Shown here: one piece after another, positions 10,813-19,257 of the stretch
Numbering within the stretch: the first letter of the stretch is position 1
Layout: each line of letters starts with the position of its first letter
Source: a virus
Taxonomy: Duplodnaviria > Heunggongvirae > Uroviricota > Caudoviricetes
Length of the DNA: 64,000 nucleotides
Reading direction: 5' to 3' (one strand)
Virus record (IMG/VR): IMGVR_UViG_3300042934_000212
Program-made: the position numbers and the translations under genes
Notes under the pieces: model-generated
What the model saw: the letters and a program-made list of their open reading frames with translations, nothing else
Databases searched by the model: none
Told to the model about the DNA's origin: nothing

Positions 10813-11259
10813 TTACCAAGTTGTTCGCAAAGGAAGAAAATCATTGCTCTGCACTGAATGCAAATCATTCATTTTGCCCCAAAAGGTAAGTGAACCGTCA
10901 ACACCATAACCAGCACTGAGTGTACCACTAAAATGACTGGCAATCAATGCTTTATTCATTTCTGCGTACAGTGCTTTAGCATAGCCTTTGCCACGGTATT
11001 CAGGTTTAACAAATACCTGGATATTAGTGTCATGATATGACCAGCGATCCGCTTCATTATGGAAGATTGCACCTACGTAATTGCCGTCTACTGAAAGGAT
11101 GATTAGCTTAGAGTTCTTTGCAGTTTCATCAATATCAATAATATCTTCATAGCAAGTAATTAGCGTCCACGATGGAGAATGGTACAAATGATTATCCAGT
11201 GCAATCTCTGCTAGTTCTTGAATAGAAAGTTCATTAGTAGTTAAAAATTTCATTACCAT
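10813..11259 (-). CDS. GNAT-family acetyltransferase
   Basis: VFVKPEYRGKGYAKALY acetyl-CoA-binding motif A. Confidence 0.8.
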   Translation of the reverse strand: MVMKFLTTNELSIQELAEIALDNHLYHSPSWTLITCYEDIIDIDETAKNSKLIILSVDGNYVGAIFHNEADRWSYHDTNIQVFVKPEYRGKGYAKALYAEMNKALIASHFSGTLSAGYGVDGSLTFWGKMNDLHSVQSNDFLPLRTTW

Positions 11260-12027
11260 AATCCAGTGTGTGATACTGTGAAGATACGAAGAAATGCATC
11301 AATCCAAACTACTGAATATGGTATAGCACTTCCGACTGCTTTTAAAAACTTACCAATTTCAAATGAAATTATAGTTTTTATGGCAAGTTGCCAATGGTAG
11401 ATTGAAAAACAAATCGCCCACATAAAGATAAGGACAAGTACTGGACTCATTTAAGTACCTTATCGTTTGGTTCTTTATTATCAACAACCGCCGACAATTG
11501 TCCGAGTACCTTACCAGCACAAAGTACCAATACAATAATCAAACCAAGTACAGTACTACTAATGGTTCCATCTTTGATATATTCCACAAGTGGGTTACTG
11601 AAGATACCAATGATAACTGAAAGAATTAACTGAACAATAAAGGTTGGTTGCATTATACGATTTCCCAATCAAGTACTTCCAATTCATGTGCCATGAAGTC
11701 TACAGGAAGAAATGAGTTTAAAGATACTTCCCAAACATTATTTTCTTTATCAAGATATAGTTCAATCTTTAATTTAGAAAAGTGTGGGCGTTTAATATAA
11801 ATCCCATTAAATGGGGAGTTTTTTAAATGTTGTTGAATTTCGGAAATAGTCATAAGTTCTCACTTCTGAATGCGGTAGGTATCATCTATTTGGTTTTGCG
11901 TGATAATACGACCGATCCCTTCATGGATTGCATTCGATAACAATAATAGTACTATTACTACCAATGCACCGATAAGAACAAAGCATAAATTATGTTTCAA
12001 TAACTTAATCATTTTCGTATTCTCAGT

Positions 12028-12198
12028 TGGTGCCGCATTAGGGATTCGAACCCTATCAGATTAACGCAGAACCTCTCCGCTCAGATAATGCTATCTGTAA
12101 TCCTATCACTATACCATTTTCAATACTTATACTCTACTTGGTGCACCGTTTCGAGTACTTTCTCTAAGTGATGAACTGGAGTCGAACCAGTTCACGGC
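12028..12198 (-). ncRNA. 171-nt tRNA-like RNA with two T-arm hairpins and a 3' CCA
   Basis: GCCGT.../...GCGGC-ACCA terminal stem; 5' AACTGG-TTCGACT-CCAGTT and 3' TAGGG-TTCGAAT-CCCTA hairpins; no D arm or anticodon arm recognisable. Confidence 0.65.
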
Positions 12199-12214
12199 AA
12201 ATTCTTAATTAAAA

Positions 12215-12312
12215 ACTACAAGTAGTGTTTTGACCACTAAACTATCGCCCTGTACCTCTCGGTAAGCCGGGCCAGCAAGACTCCGTACTGACCGGAGATC
12301 TCTACTTGTAGT
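12215..12312 (-). ncRNA. putative circularly permuted tRNA-like (YrlA/Y-RNA-like topology) RNA
   Basis: 11-bp terminal stem ACTACAAGTAG/CTACTTGTAGT enclosing a T-arm-like hairpin 5' and a D-arm motif TAGTTTAGTGGTCAAAAC 3'. Confidence 0.45.
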
Positions 12313-12568
12313 AGGTTTGTGTGGTCGGGTGTATCAACACAGTTAAGGCCAAATTCCCATTCTCGCCACGTCAAGATGTAAGTACTCTTACATTAGAGTT
12401 TATTTTACCGCGATAAACCGGCTATATTCGAAGATAACAAATCTCCTATCCACTTATCAGGTGGAGCAGATCTTTAATTCTGAAAACTGCACACCCTGTT
12501 AATTCAGGCTTTCTATCTTTACGGGATAGTTTTTTGAATTATCCTTACGGGATAACTGTGTGGGTATT

Positions 12569-12645
12569 TGGTGATCCCTGCTGGACTCGAACCAGCGACC
12601 GAGCAATTATGAGTTGCCAGCTCTAACCAACTGAGCTAAGGGACC
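12569..12645 (-). tRNA. tRNA-Ile2/Met(CAT)
   Basis: GGCAA-CTCATAA-TTGCT; body closely resembles enterobacterial ileX. Confidence 0.9.
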
Positions 12646-13034
12646 GATATTATTTCTTTTCTTCGCCGCAGTACTCGCACTGTACAACTTCTTTCGGCTC
12701 ACCACCTTCTTCACCAGTGATAAACTCTGATGGGATGGATTGTTTCTGGTAGTTATGACCTGCACCAGATGCGGCACACTCATTGTATGGGAATGACATA
12801 TTAACCTCTTTTACGACGCATTAGTTTACGTAAAGCTAAAAATGGATTAGCTGGTTCTTTAATTGCCTCTTGTACTTTACCAAAAGATTCTTCAGAAAGT
12901 ACTTTACTGTTTGTTTGAACGATTCCGGTAGTATTACAAGGATGACATTCATACATCATACCATCACCAGCATAATGCCAGCCATCACCATTACAAGAAG
13001 TACACTTATCCATGATAATCTCTCTTAATTAAAA

Positions 13035-13147
13035 GGGTGCATAAAGTAGGGTTCGAACCTACAAGGGAACCTCGCGGTTGCTCCCGAAGTCCTATCTTCG
13101 CTTTCGCTATTGTCGGACTCTCCGTTTACCAATTCCGGCATTTATGC
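13035..13147 (-). ncRNA. Leu-like tRNA mimic lacking a normal anticodon loop
   Basis: Perfect acceptor GCATAAA/TTTATGC, D arm, T arm and long variable arm. The GAGTCC/GGACTT stem closes a 22-nt loop containing a GC-GAAA-GC hairpin. Confidence 0.65.
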
Positions 13148-13149
13148 AT

Positions 13150-13234
13150 TGGTGCGTCTGGTCGGACTCGAACCGACAAGCCATACGGCGGGGGATTTTA
13201 AATCCCCTGTGTTTACCAATTTCACCACAGACGC
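13150..13234 (-). tRNA. tRNA-Leu(TAA), second copy
   Basis: GGGGA-TTTAAAA-TCCCC, CCA encoded. Confidence 0.93.
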
Positions 13235-13313
13235 TTTGTTCATCTTATATAAGTGTAGGCGTGTTCCGACGACCTCGTGTTAGTTGCTCGACATATTATG
13301 TCGCTACCTTTAG

Positions 13314-13403
13314 TGCGGCGGGTAGAGGGAATCGAACCCCCGTAGCGATGAAACGCATTGACTAAGCTAGCACGTCAATTGAGGTCGCCAACCTCATACC
13401 CGC
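13314..13403 (-). ncRNA. atypical class-II tRNA-like RNA (11-nt anticodon loop)
   Basis: GCGGGTA/TACCCGC acceptor, 5-bp D stem GAGGT/ACCTC, ATTGAC/GTCAAT stem with loop GTGCTAGCTTA, variable hairpin, GGGGG-TTCGATT-CCCTC T arm. Confidence 0.6.
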
Positions 13404-13447
13404 ATCGATAATCGATGAACCACTAAAGCTCACTTATATTTTAAATT

Positions 13448-13523
13448 TGGTGCAGACAGCAGGATTCTAACCTGCGTCCATACATTCGGAATGTATGTGT
13501 TTTAACCCATAAACTATATCTGC
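13448..13523 (-). tRNA. tRNA-Arg(CCG), atypical T loop
   Basis: ATACA-TTCCGAA-TGTAT anticodon arm; T loop TTAGAAT; CCA encoded. Confidence 0.7.
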
Positions 13524-13524
13524 T

Positions 13525-13599
13525 TGGTGCCCCTGACAGGATTCGAACCCGCGAATCACGGTTTTAGGGACCGCTGTTCTACCATAGAACGGCAGGGGC
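13525..13599 (-). tRNA. amber-suppressor-type tRNA (anticodon CTA)
   Basis: GCCCCTG/CAGGGGC+ACCA; GCGGT-CC-CTA-AA-ACCGT arm (anticodon at 13565-13567); atypical C8 and C33. Confidence 0.78.
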
Positions 13600-13619
13600 G
13601 TTGTTGTCTTGATGTATCT

Positions 13620-13650
13620 ATTATACCACAGTTTTTCGAGCCGTTTCAAT
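13620..13650 (-). promoter_or_regulatory. conserved phage promoter (WTGAAA-N18-TATAAT, TGG before -10)
   Basis: TTGAAA-CGGCTCGAAAAACTGTGG-TATAAT directly upstream of the CTA tRNA; same motif at five other sites. Confidence 0.75.
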
Positions 13651-13961
13651 TTTTTCTTCAATTTTCAACGGCTTGGGCAAAAATCAATCAGTACTTTTAC
13701 GTAGCTCAATGCAATGTGAGATATAAGTTCCTACCCACCAGCATAGTACTACAAGATTTACTACAGGTAAACTGCAAACTAAAATTATCGCTACAGTTAA
13801 ACCCCAAATATTTCCGAAGCTATAGCCAAACTTTGAATCTGGTTTGCAATAGCCCAACAAGCATAGAATATCGTATACTGCAAAGCATAAGAACATTACA
13901 ATTCCAATTGCTAAGCACAACCAAAGATACCCATACCAAATAGTTAATAACATAGGTATCC

Positions 13962-14225
13962 TTAGTACTGGTAGCGTTCAACAAACTTGTTCTGACGAAC
14001 ATCGAACACATGATGCCATGTATCAGTAGGTTCAAGTACAACCACGTCGATAATGAAACCTTCTTCAGTATCGCCTGTCCATGTATCTTCGAACATATAT
14101 GGACGACTAATCCACACACGAACGGTTCCATCTAAATCAATGGTTACATAACGAACATGTGAATGAACTTTAATAACTTGACCATTAATATTACAGTCAA
14201 GGAAAAGCTGTTCTTTCATTTTCAT
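13962..14225 (-). CDS. hypothetical protein (paralog family with 14235-14510 and 38027-38269)
   Basis: V...V.(Y/F)(V/I).(I/T)D..G...W...PY..E..W pattern. Confidence 0.6.
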   Translation of the reverse strand: MKMKEQLFLDCNINGQVIKVHSHVRYVTIDLDGTVRVWISRPYMFEDTWTGDTEEGFIIDVVVLEPTDTWHHVFDVRQNKFVERYQY

Positions 14226-14234
14226 ATCATAACC

Positions 14235-14510
14235 TTAATCGTAGTACGTGTCAACAAAAGAATGATTATCAACTGAATAAAGTTTAGTCCAGGTGTCACC
14301 ATCTTCCATTGTAACCTGATACGCCCTGATACTACTGGAACGATCATGATACCAATAACCTTCTGACATGTAAGGAAGCTCCAGCCAGAATTCTACACGC
14401 CCTGCCATGTCAATTGATATGAACTTCACACCGTATGGAACTGAAAGCTCAGCACCATTTACATTACAGATGGTTTCGTTCTTAGCGAGTACTTTCATGT
14501 TTCTTTTCAC
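14235..14510 (-). CDS. hypothetical protein (paralog of 13962-14225)
   Basis: Shared CNxNG...IDxxG.V.xW...PYM motif. Confidence 0.6.
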   Translation of the reverse strand: MKRNMKVLAKNETICNVNGAELSVPYGVKFISIDMAGRVEFWLELPYMSEGYWYHDRSSSIRAYQVTMEDGDTWTKLYSVDNHSFVDTYYD

Positions 14511-15060
14511 TCTTTCGTGTCGATGAAAAGATTATACTCTTAAAACTCTGCTTTAATCAAGGCTTTTTTTCATCTTTTTTAAGCTCGTGTACGGGCATCT
14601 GTGGGGTTTTCGTCGCAGCCCTGATGCGGTCAAGCATTGACTGTTTCGGTGGCTGCTGCTCGTTCTGCTTTGCGTTGCTCATATCTTCTGCTCCACTCGT
14701 CATGTTGATAGGATACCCAAAAATGAACCCAACCAATGTTTTCATGGGTAGCTAAATCTTGTTGTCTTAGATGATGTAGTACAAATTTAATTTCATCATC
14801 CTCATTCATATCATGAGCATCTTCTTCTAATGCTTCATTGAAATGACGGTACTGAGTACTAGCTAAACTTTCTACTGTACGGTCATTAGTATTGCACCAG
14901 AAGAAGTTTATGTCAATTATTTCAGACCATCTGATAGTACCTAAACTAGCAGGATCTGGATATTCAATCCATTCTTTAATTTCGTATTCCCATAACAGTA
15001 CTTCCATACGTTCCCACTATAAACGAAAAAACCCAAGACTTAGCTTGGGCTTAATATTGT

Positions 15061-15135
15061 TGGCACTCCCACCTGGAATCGAACCAGGGACTAGAACTTA
15101 GAAGGTTCCTGTTATTTCCACTTAACTATAGGAGC
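15061..15135 (-). tRNA. tRNA-Arg(TCT)
   Basis: GGAAC-CTTCTAA-GTTCT, GCCA end. Confidence 0.93.
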
Positions 15136-15169
15136 ATTGTAGTACCGAAAATGATTCGGTACTTTATAT

Positions 15170-15517
15170 TTATATTAATTCAGCTTCATTGAATTCGCTG
15201 AATGTCATTTGTGCTGTTTGTAACTTACCATTGTAGTAGTAAGTACATTCAACATCACCTGGTTCTTCACCGTGTCGAATACAAGTGAAAATTATGCCAG
15301 GCATGAAAGCACTTAATGAGATCAAATCTTCTTTTTCGTTATACCAAACGGCATCGGTATCTGTACTAATTTGGTTATTACGGATGTAAAAGGTTTCACT
15401 ATCAACAATCTCACGTAATTTGTTTTGAATAAAGTTTAAATCAACCTTAGCATCTTTAATGCCAGGTGGTAGTACATTTAGCTTAGCTGTAATATTGAAT
15501 GAAGAGTTGTAGCCCAT
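15170..15517 (-). CDS. conserved phage hypothetical protein
   Basis: MGYNSSF...WY....L..LS...P...F....GEE..D....YY.NGK pattern common in phage proteins. Confidence 0.6.
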   Translation of the reverse strand: MGYNSSFNITAKLNVLPPGIKDAKVDLNFIQNKLREIVDSETFYIRNNQISTDTDAVWYNEKEDLISLSAFMPGIIFTCIRHGEEPGDVECTYYYNGKLQTAQMTFSEFNEAELI

Positions 15518-15715
15518 TTAGTCCTCGATTGTTTCTTCTTGCTCGTTAATAATATAATCCAAGTCTTCAGTACTACAATCTTGAAGCCACGCAGTACGTT
15601 CTTCTTGAGTCTCAAAGACAAAGATAAATCCATGATAACCAAAGCCGTATGGAGAACCATAGCTTTCATTCAAATCATCATAGATAGTTACGTTTTCTGT
15701 AATCATTTTATTCCC

Positions 15716-16150
15716 TTAAGTATTACAAATTTCCGAATACTTTTTTGTTAGTAAATCATAGTCATCAATAACTGGTTTTACATTCTTAGTACTGTTAGTT
15801 TTATAATAACCAAGTTCAATGATATATGTCCATCCGGTGCAGTCACCATATCCAGAAAATGTGGCAATTAGATGATCGTTCGGATGAATATCATTATTCT
15901 CAGCATATGCTTTAGCAAAAGAATAGATGTACCCTTTATTTTCAGTACCGTGAAGAATACCCGCAACATGTTCACGAGCGTTAATTGTTCCACGTGGGAT
16001 AGAAAACCATTGACCGCGACGATCATAGTCATAATCGAATAGTTCGACTTCTTGATCTTTGTCGTGATGTTGGAAAATCATAGTACTTAAAAGTACGGTT
16101 TCTTCAGTTTGTGAACGAAACAGATTAAACGTGAGCGTTGGTGTAGACAT
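15716..16150 (-). CDS. hypothetical protein
   Basis: 144-aa ORF. Confidence 0.55.
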   Translation of the reverse strand: MSTPTLTFNLFRSQTEETVLLSTMIFQHHDKDQEVELFDYDYDRRGQWFSIPRGTINAREHVAGILHGTENKGYIYSFAKAYAENNDIHPNDHLIATFSGYGDCTGWTYIIELGYYKTNSTKNVKPVIDDYDLLTKKYSEICNT

Positions 16151-16191
16151 TACGGTATCTCTTTATCTGGCACCCGAAGGTGCCAGTATTG

Positions 16192-16758
16192 TTATTTAGG
16201 TAAAGAGTTCAAATACTTTTTACCCGCTTGAATTAGCTTCTTCTTTTTGATTTTAAAAGAAGTGCTATCCTGACCGCCAAACATTGTGCAGTTCGCGAGA
16301 ATTTCAGCCCACGCTGTCATATATAGAGTTGGTGCAAGGGGATCTGTCCAGATGGTTTCAAAGTCGTCAGACTTCGCCATATGAAAGGTCATATCTTTGC
16401 GGATCAATTCTTGTATTACAGTTTCTTCAGGGAAAAGATGCATCCACGTATCAGCACTAACATTAGCGTGATCGGGAAAATGCACTTTACCTTCTTCATC
16501 AACTACACGACATAATGGTTTACCACAGTCATGATATTCTTGGTAACGTAGTACTATATCATTGGATAATAACTTTCCTTTGATTTTTTCATATACTTCA
16601 AGTAATACAGGATCGCCCTATCCAGTGTCTAATTCAGAAATTAGTACTTTATACTGCTCCTGAACCATCAGACCATGTGCATGTACACTTAGTCCTTTCA
16701 TCTGTTCGGTTGTTTGCATTACATGTAGTAAGTCTTCGAAAGTGTTTGGATAAATCAT
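16192..16758 (-). CDS. HD-domain phosphohydrolase-like protein with an in-frame TAG at codon 47
   Basis: ATG at 16758 overlaps the upstream TGA (ATGA). Reads MIYPNTFEDLLHVMQTTEQMKGLSVHAHGLMV...LDTG*GDPV...YHDCGKP...HFPDHANVS. The only internal stop is TAG at 16618-16620. Confidence 0.8.
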
Positions 16759-17093
16759 TTAGCACCTCCGTTGAAAAGTTGATACTTACGGAAGATACTA
16801 CGCTGTTCAGCAGTTACTGGAGCACTTGCAAAGGCGGTGAAGCCATAATCCCAATCCGGTTCGAAGAACTGAACAAAGTCAATCCCTAATCCCTGGAGTT
16901 CATCGTATGCTTTTTGTAACTTATGTTTATTCTTACACGAAATCACAATAAGAGAACTTGTCTCAGTACTGTCATTTTCGAAGGCCAAGCCGCTTTCATA
17001 AGCTGCGTGGTTTGATTGTACTACTATTTGCTCGATTGGAAGATCCGTTCTTACAAATACATAAATCCAAGTTTTTTCATTCTAGTGAGCCAT
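16755..17093 (-). CDS. Pth2-like peptidyl-tRNA hydrolase with an in-frame TAG at codon 4
   Basis: RBS AAGGA then ATG GCT CAC TAG AAT GAA AAA ACT TGG...; reads MAH*NEKTWIYVFVRTDLPIEQIVVQSNHAAY...FFEPDWDYGFTAFA. TAG at 17082-17084. Confidence 0.8.
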
Positions 17094-17103
17094 TTTTATT
17101 TCC

Positions 17104-17553
17104 TTAGTTATTGTACCACGATATGTGGGTTACTGATTTACTGTACTTACACGCTGCAAGTACTTTTAATGTACTATTCATAACATACATTTCGTATTTT
17201 CCATTACTAGGAACACCGAAACCGTCAGATGGGATAAATGCTCCACATTCAACCATGTCATGAAATTCTTCAACAGTATAAAGTACGCCGCCGTAAATAC
17301 CGAACTGAACGGGTCTTTTTGTACTGTTTATTAATGATTCCCAATCAATTTCAATTACAGCAGGAACTACAACAAAGCTACTGTTATAAATGAACGTCTG
17401 AGAACTTTCACTATATACGACAATTGAATTTGTTGCTGGATCGTGCCATGCATTTTCAATCTTTTCATACAGTTCAGTGTCACCAACTTTAACCAGTACT
17501 TTACCAATTAAAGATTTACAGATGAAATCCTGAACATTGTCAAATTCAAACAT
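17104..17553 (-). CDS. hypothetical protein
   Basis: 149-aa ORF. Confidence 0.55.
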   Translation of the reverse strand: MFEFDNVQDFICKSLIGKVLVKVGDTELYEKIENAWHDPATNSIVVYSESSQTFIYNSSFVVVPAVIEIDWESLINSTKRPVQFGIYGGVLYTVEEFHDMVECGAFIPSDGFGVPSNGKYEMYVMNSTLKVLAACKYSKSVTHISWYNN

Positions 17554-17780
17554 ATTAGCCTATTAATTATTATGTCCTACCTGTACTGGTACAACACCGA
17601 GTTCAACTAAATCAATTTTAAGATGTGGGAATTCATCTTCCCAATCTTCACCGTACAGGCGTACCATTTCATCGTAGGTATCCTGACGGTATTTAAACAT
17701 AGTGGACAGAATCAGATCAGTACTCCGAGTATCATGTCCAGCCCAATATTTAGGTTTGTGCTTTGGTGCAATTTCCATTG

Positions 17781-18485
17781 TTACATCCCGAATGAATCAT
17801 CGTCAGCATAATGTTTCTTAGTGATTGCAATTTTATCATTAGGGTACTTGTGGTTATTGACAAATACGATGATATTACCGTTGTTCACTGAGTCGATTAA
17901 GTAACGAACAGTTTTCTTTTTGGTATATACTTTCAGTACTACACCAGTATCATTTACAACTTCACCATTTGCAGTAGTTTCGAATTCAACTTCATCCAAA
18001 ACATTCGGCAAACCTTTAAGCAATTCTTTAATTGCATTTTGCTGACGTTCGAAAGATTCACGCTTCAGACGAAGACCATTTTTAGCAATGTACTCGACTG
18101 AAGTAAAATCAAACATTTCAAATGTAGTGATACTACCCTGTCCATGAATGGTACTGATACGAATCCCGTACTTAGGAAGTTCCTGGATGTATTCAGACCA
18201 ATATTCATCGTCACCTTCATAGGTACGAGCGTTTTTACTGATGTAGTTCCAGAATAACTTACTCATTTCTGGTTCTGGAAGGTTATCGTATTTTGGTTCA
18301 AATACGTATACACCATCTACCATGAAACCTTTAAGATATTCGATATCCTTAGCAAAGGCTTCTTCGTCATAAGCTTCTTCTTGTTCTTTAGTGAACCCGT
18401 AGAAACTCAAGTGGGATTCTTCTGGAGACATATTTTTGATATTTTCCAGTGCTGCATCCAGTGACTTACGCATTTTTTCGTTCAC
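17781..18485 (-). CDS. hypothetical protein
   Basis: 234-aa ORF. Confidence 0.6.
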   Translation of the reverse strand: MNEKMRKSLDAALENIKNMSPEESHLSFYGFTKEQEEAYDEEAFAKDIEYLKGFMVDGVYVFEPKYDNLPEPEMSKLFWNYISKNARTYEGDDEYWSEYIQELPKYGIRISTIHGQGSITTFEMFDFTSVEYIAKNGLRLKRESFERQQNAIKELLKGLPNVLDEVEFETTANGEVVNDTGVVLKVYTKKKTVRYLIDSVNNGNIIVFVNNHKYPNDKIAITKKHYADDDSFGM

Positions 18486-19257
18486 AATTTATGCCTCGGT
18501 AAATGAACCATCATTTCCATTCTTCATAGACCCTGCCATGTGACGGGAAATTTCAATAGATTTTTCTGGTGATATTTGCACTAAGTTATAGCTGCACTCA
18601 CTGCCACACGTTCCCAAAAAGGATTGAAAGTTTTCTTCTACGTGCTTCACGGCTTGTAGTGTAGATACTACCACTACTTCAGGTACTTGTCCAGCTAAAG
18701 CTGCGTTAACGTCATCAATTAATGACTGAATAAAACTTACTTTAGCTTTGCACAAAACAAACGCATAAGACTCACCATTACCAAGTGCATCATTAATGCG
18801 ATTGTTTAAATTAGAAACCTTAGTACTTAAAAGTACAAGGGCTTCATTTAAAAATTCTTTATTTTCTTCGCTCATAGCACAGATTCCACCATTTTATTCA
18901 ATGCAACTGCTAAACAAATAATATCAGAAAGTTGATGATCGTCTGTGTCTCGACTGAAGTCACCATTAGGCTCAATTCGATTAAGCTGAAGTAATAAACC
19001 TAATAGTTTCTTCATTAACTCTGTATACATACTTATTGTACTGAAATGAAACTTATCATCGTGATAAACAATTAATGCTGCAATAGCATTAATATTTTCT
19101 TCACATTTTTTAATTTCGTCATGAACGTAAAACATCATAATACCTAACGGTAGTCACCTGTGTTTGGTTTAATGTTTCGATAACGCCACTCTCAGATATG
19201 TAGTGGTAGATTACCGTGTTATTTTCTATCTCTTTTCGTACAACTTTTAATTCTTTT

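Noticed and set aside
12028-12198. tmRNA
   Set aside because: Too short, lacks the GGGGC 5' end with Ala identity, and has no tag reading frame.
13253-13308. Small hairpin cluster between tRNA genes
   Set aside because: Only one convincing hairpin (CGACATA/TATGTCG), which is not enough to call an RNA gene.
17048-17080. Alternative ATG at 17080 as the start of the Pth2-like gene
   Set aside because: It is out of frame (ATG AAA AAA CTT GGA TTT ATG TAT TTG TAA) and farther from the RBS. The in-frame ATG at 17093 fits the RBS.
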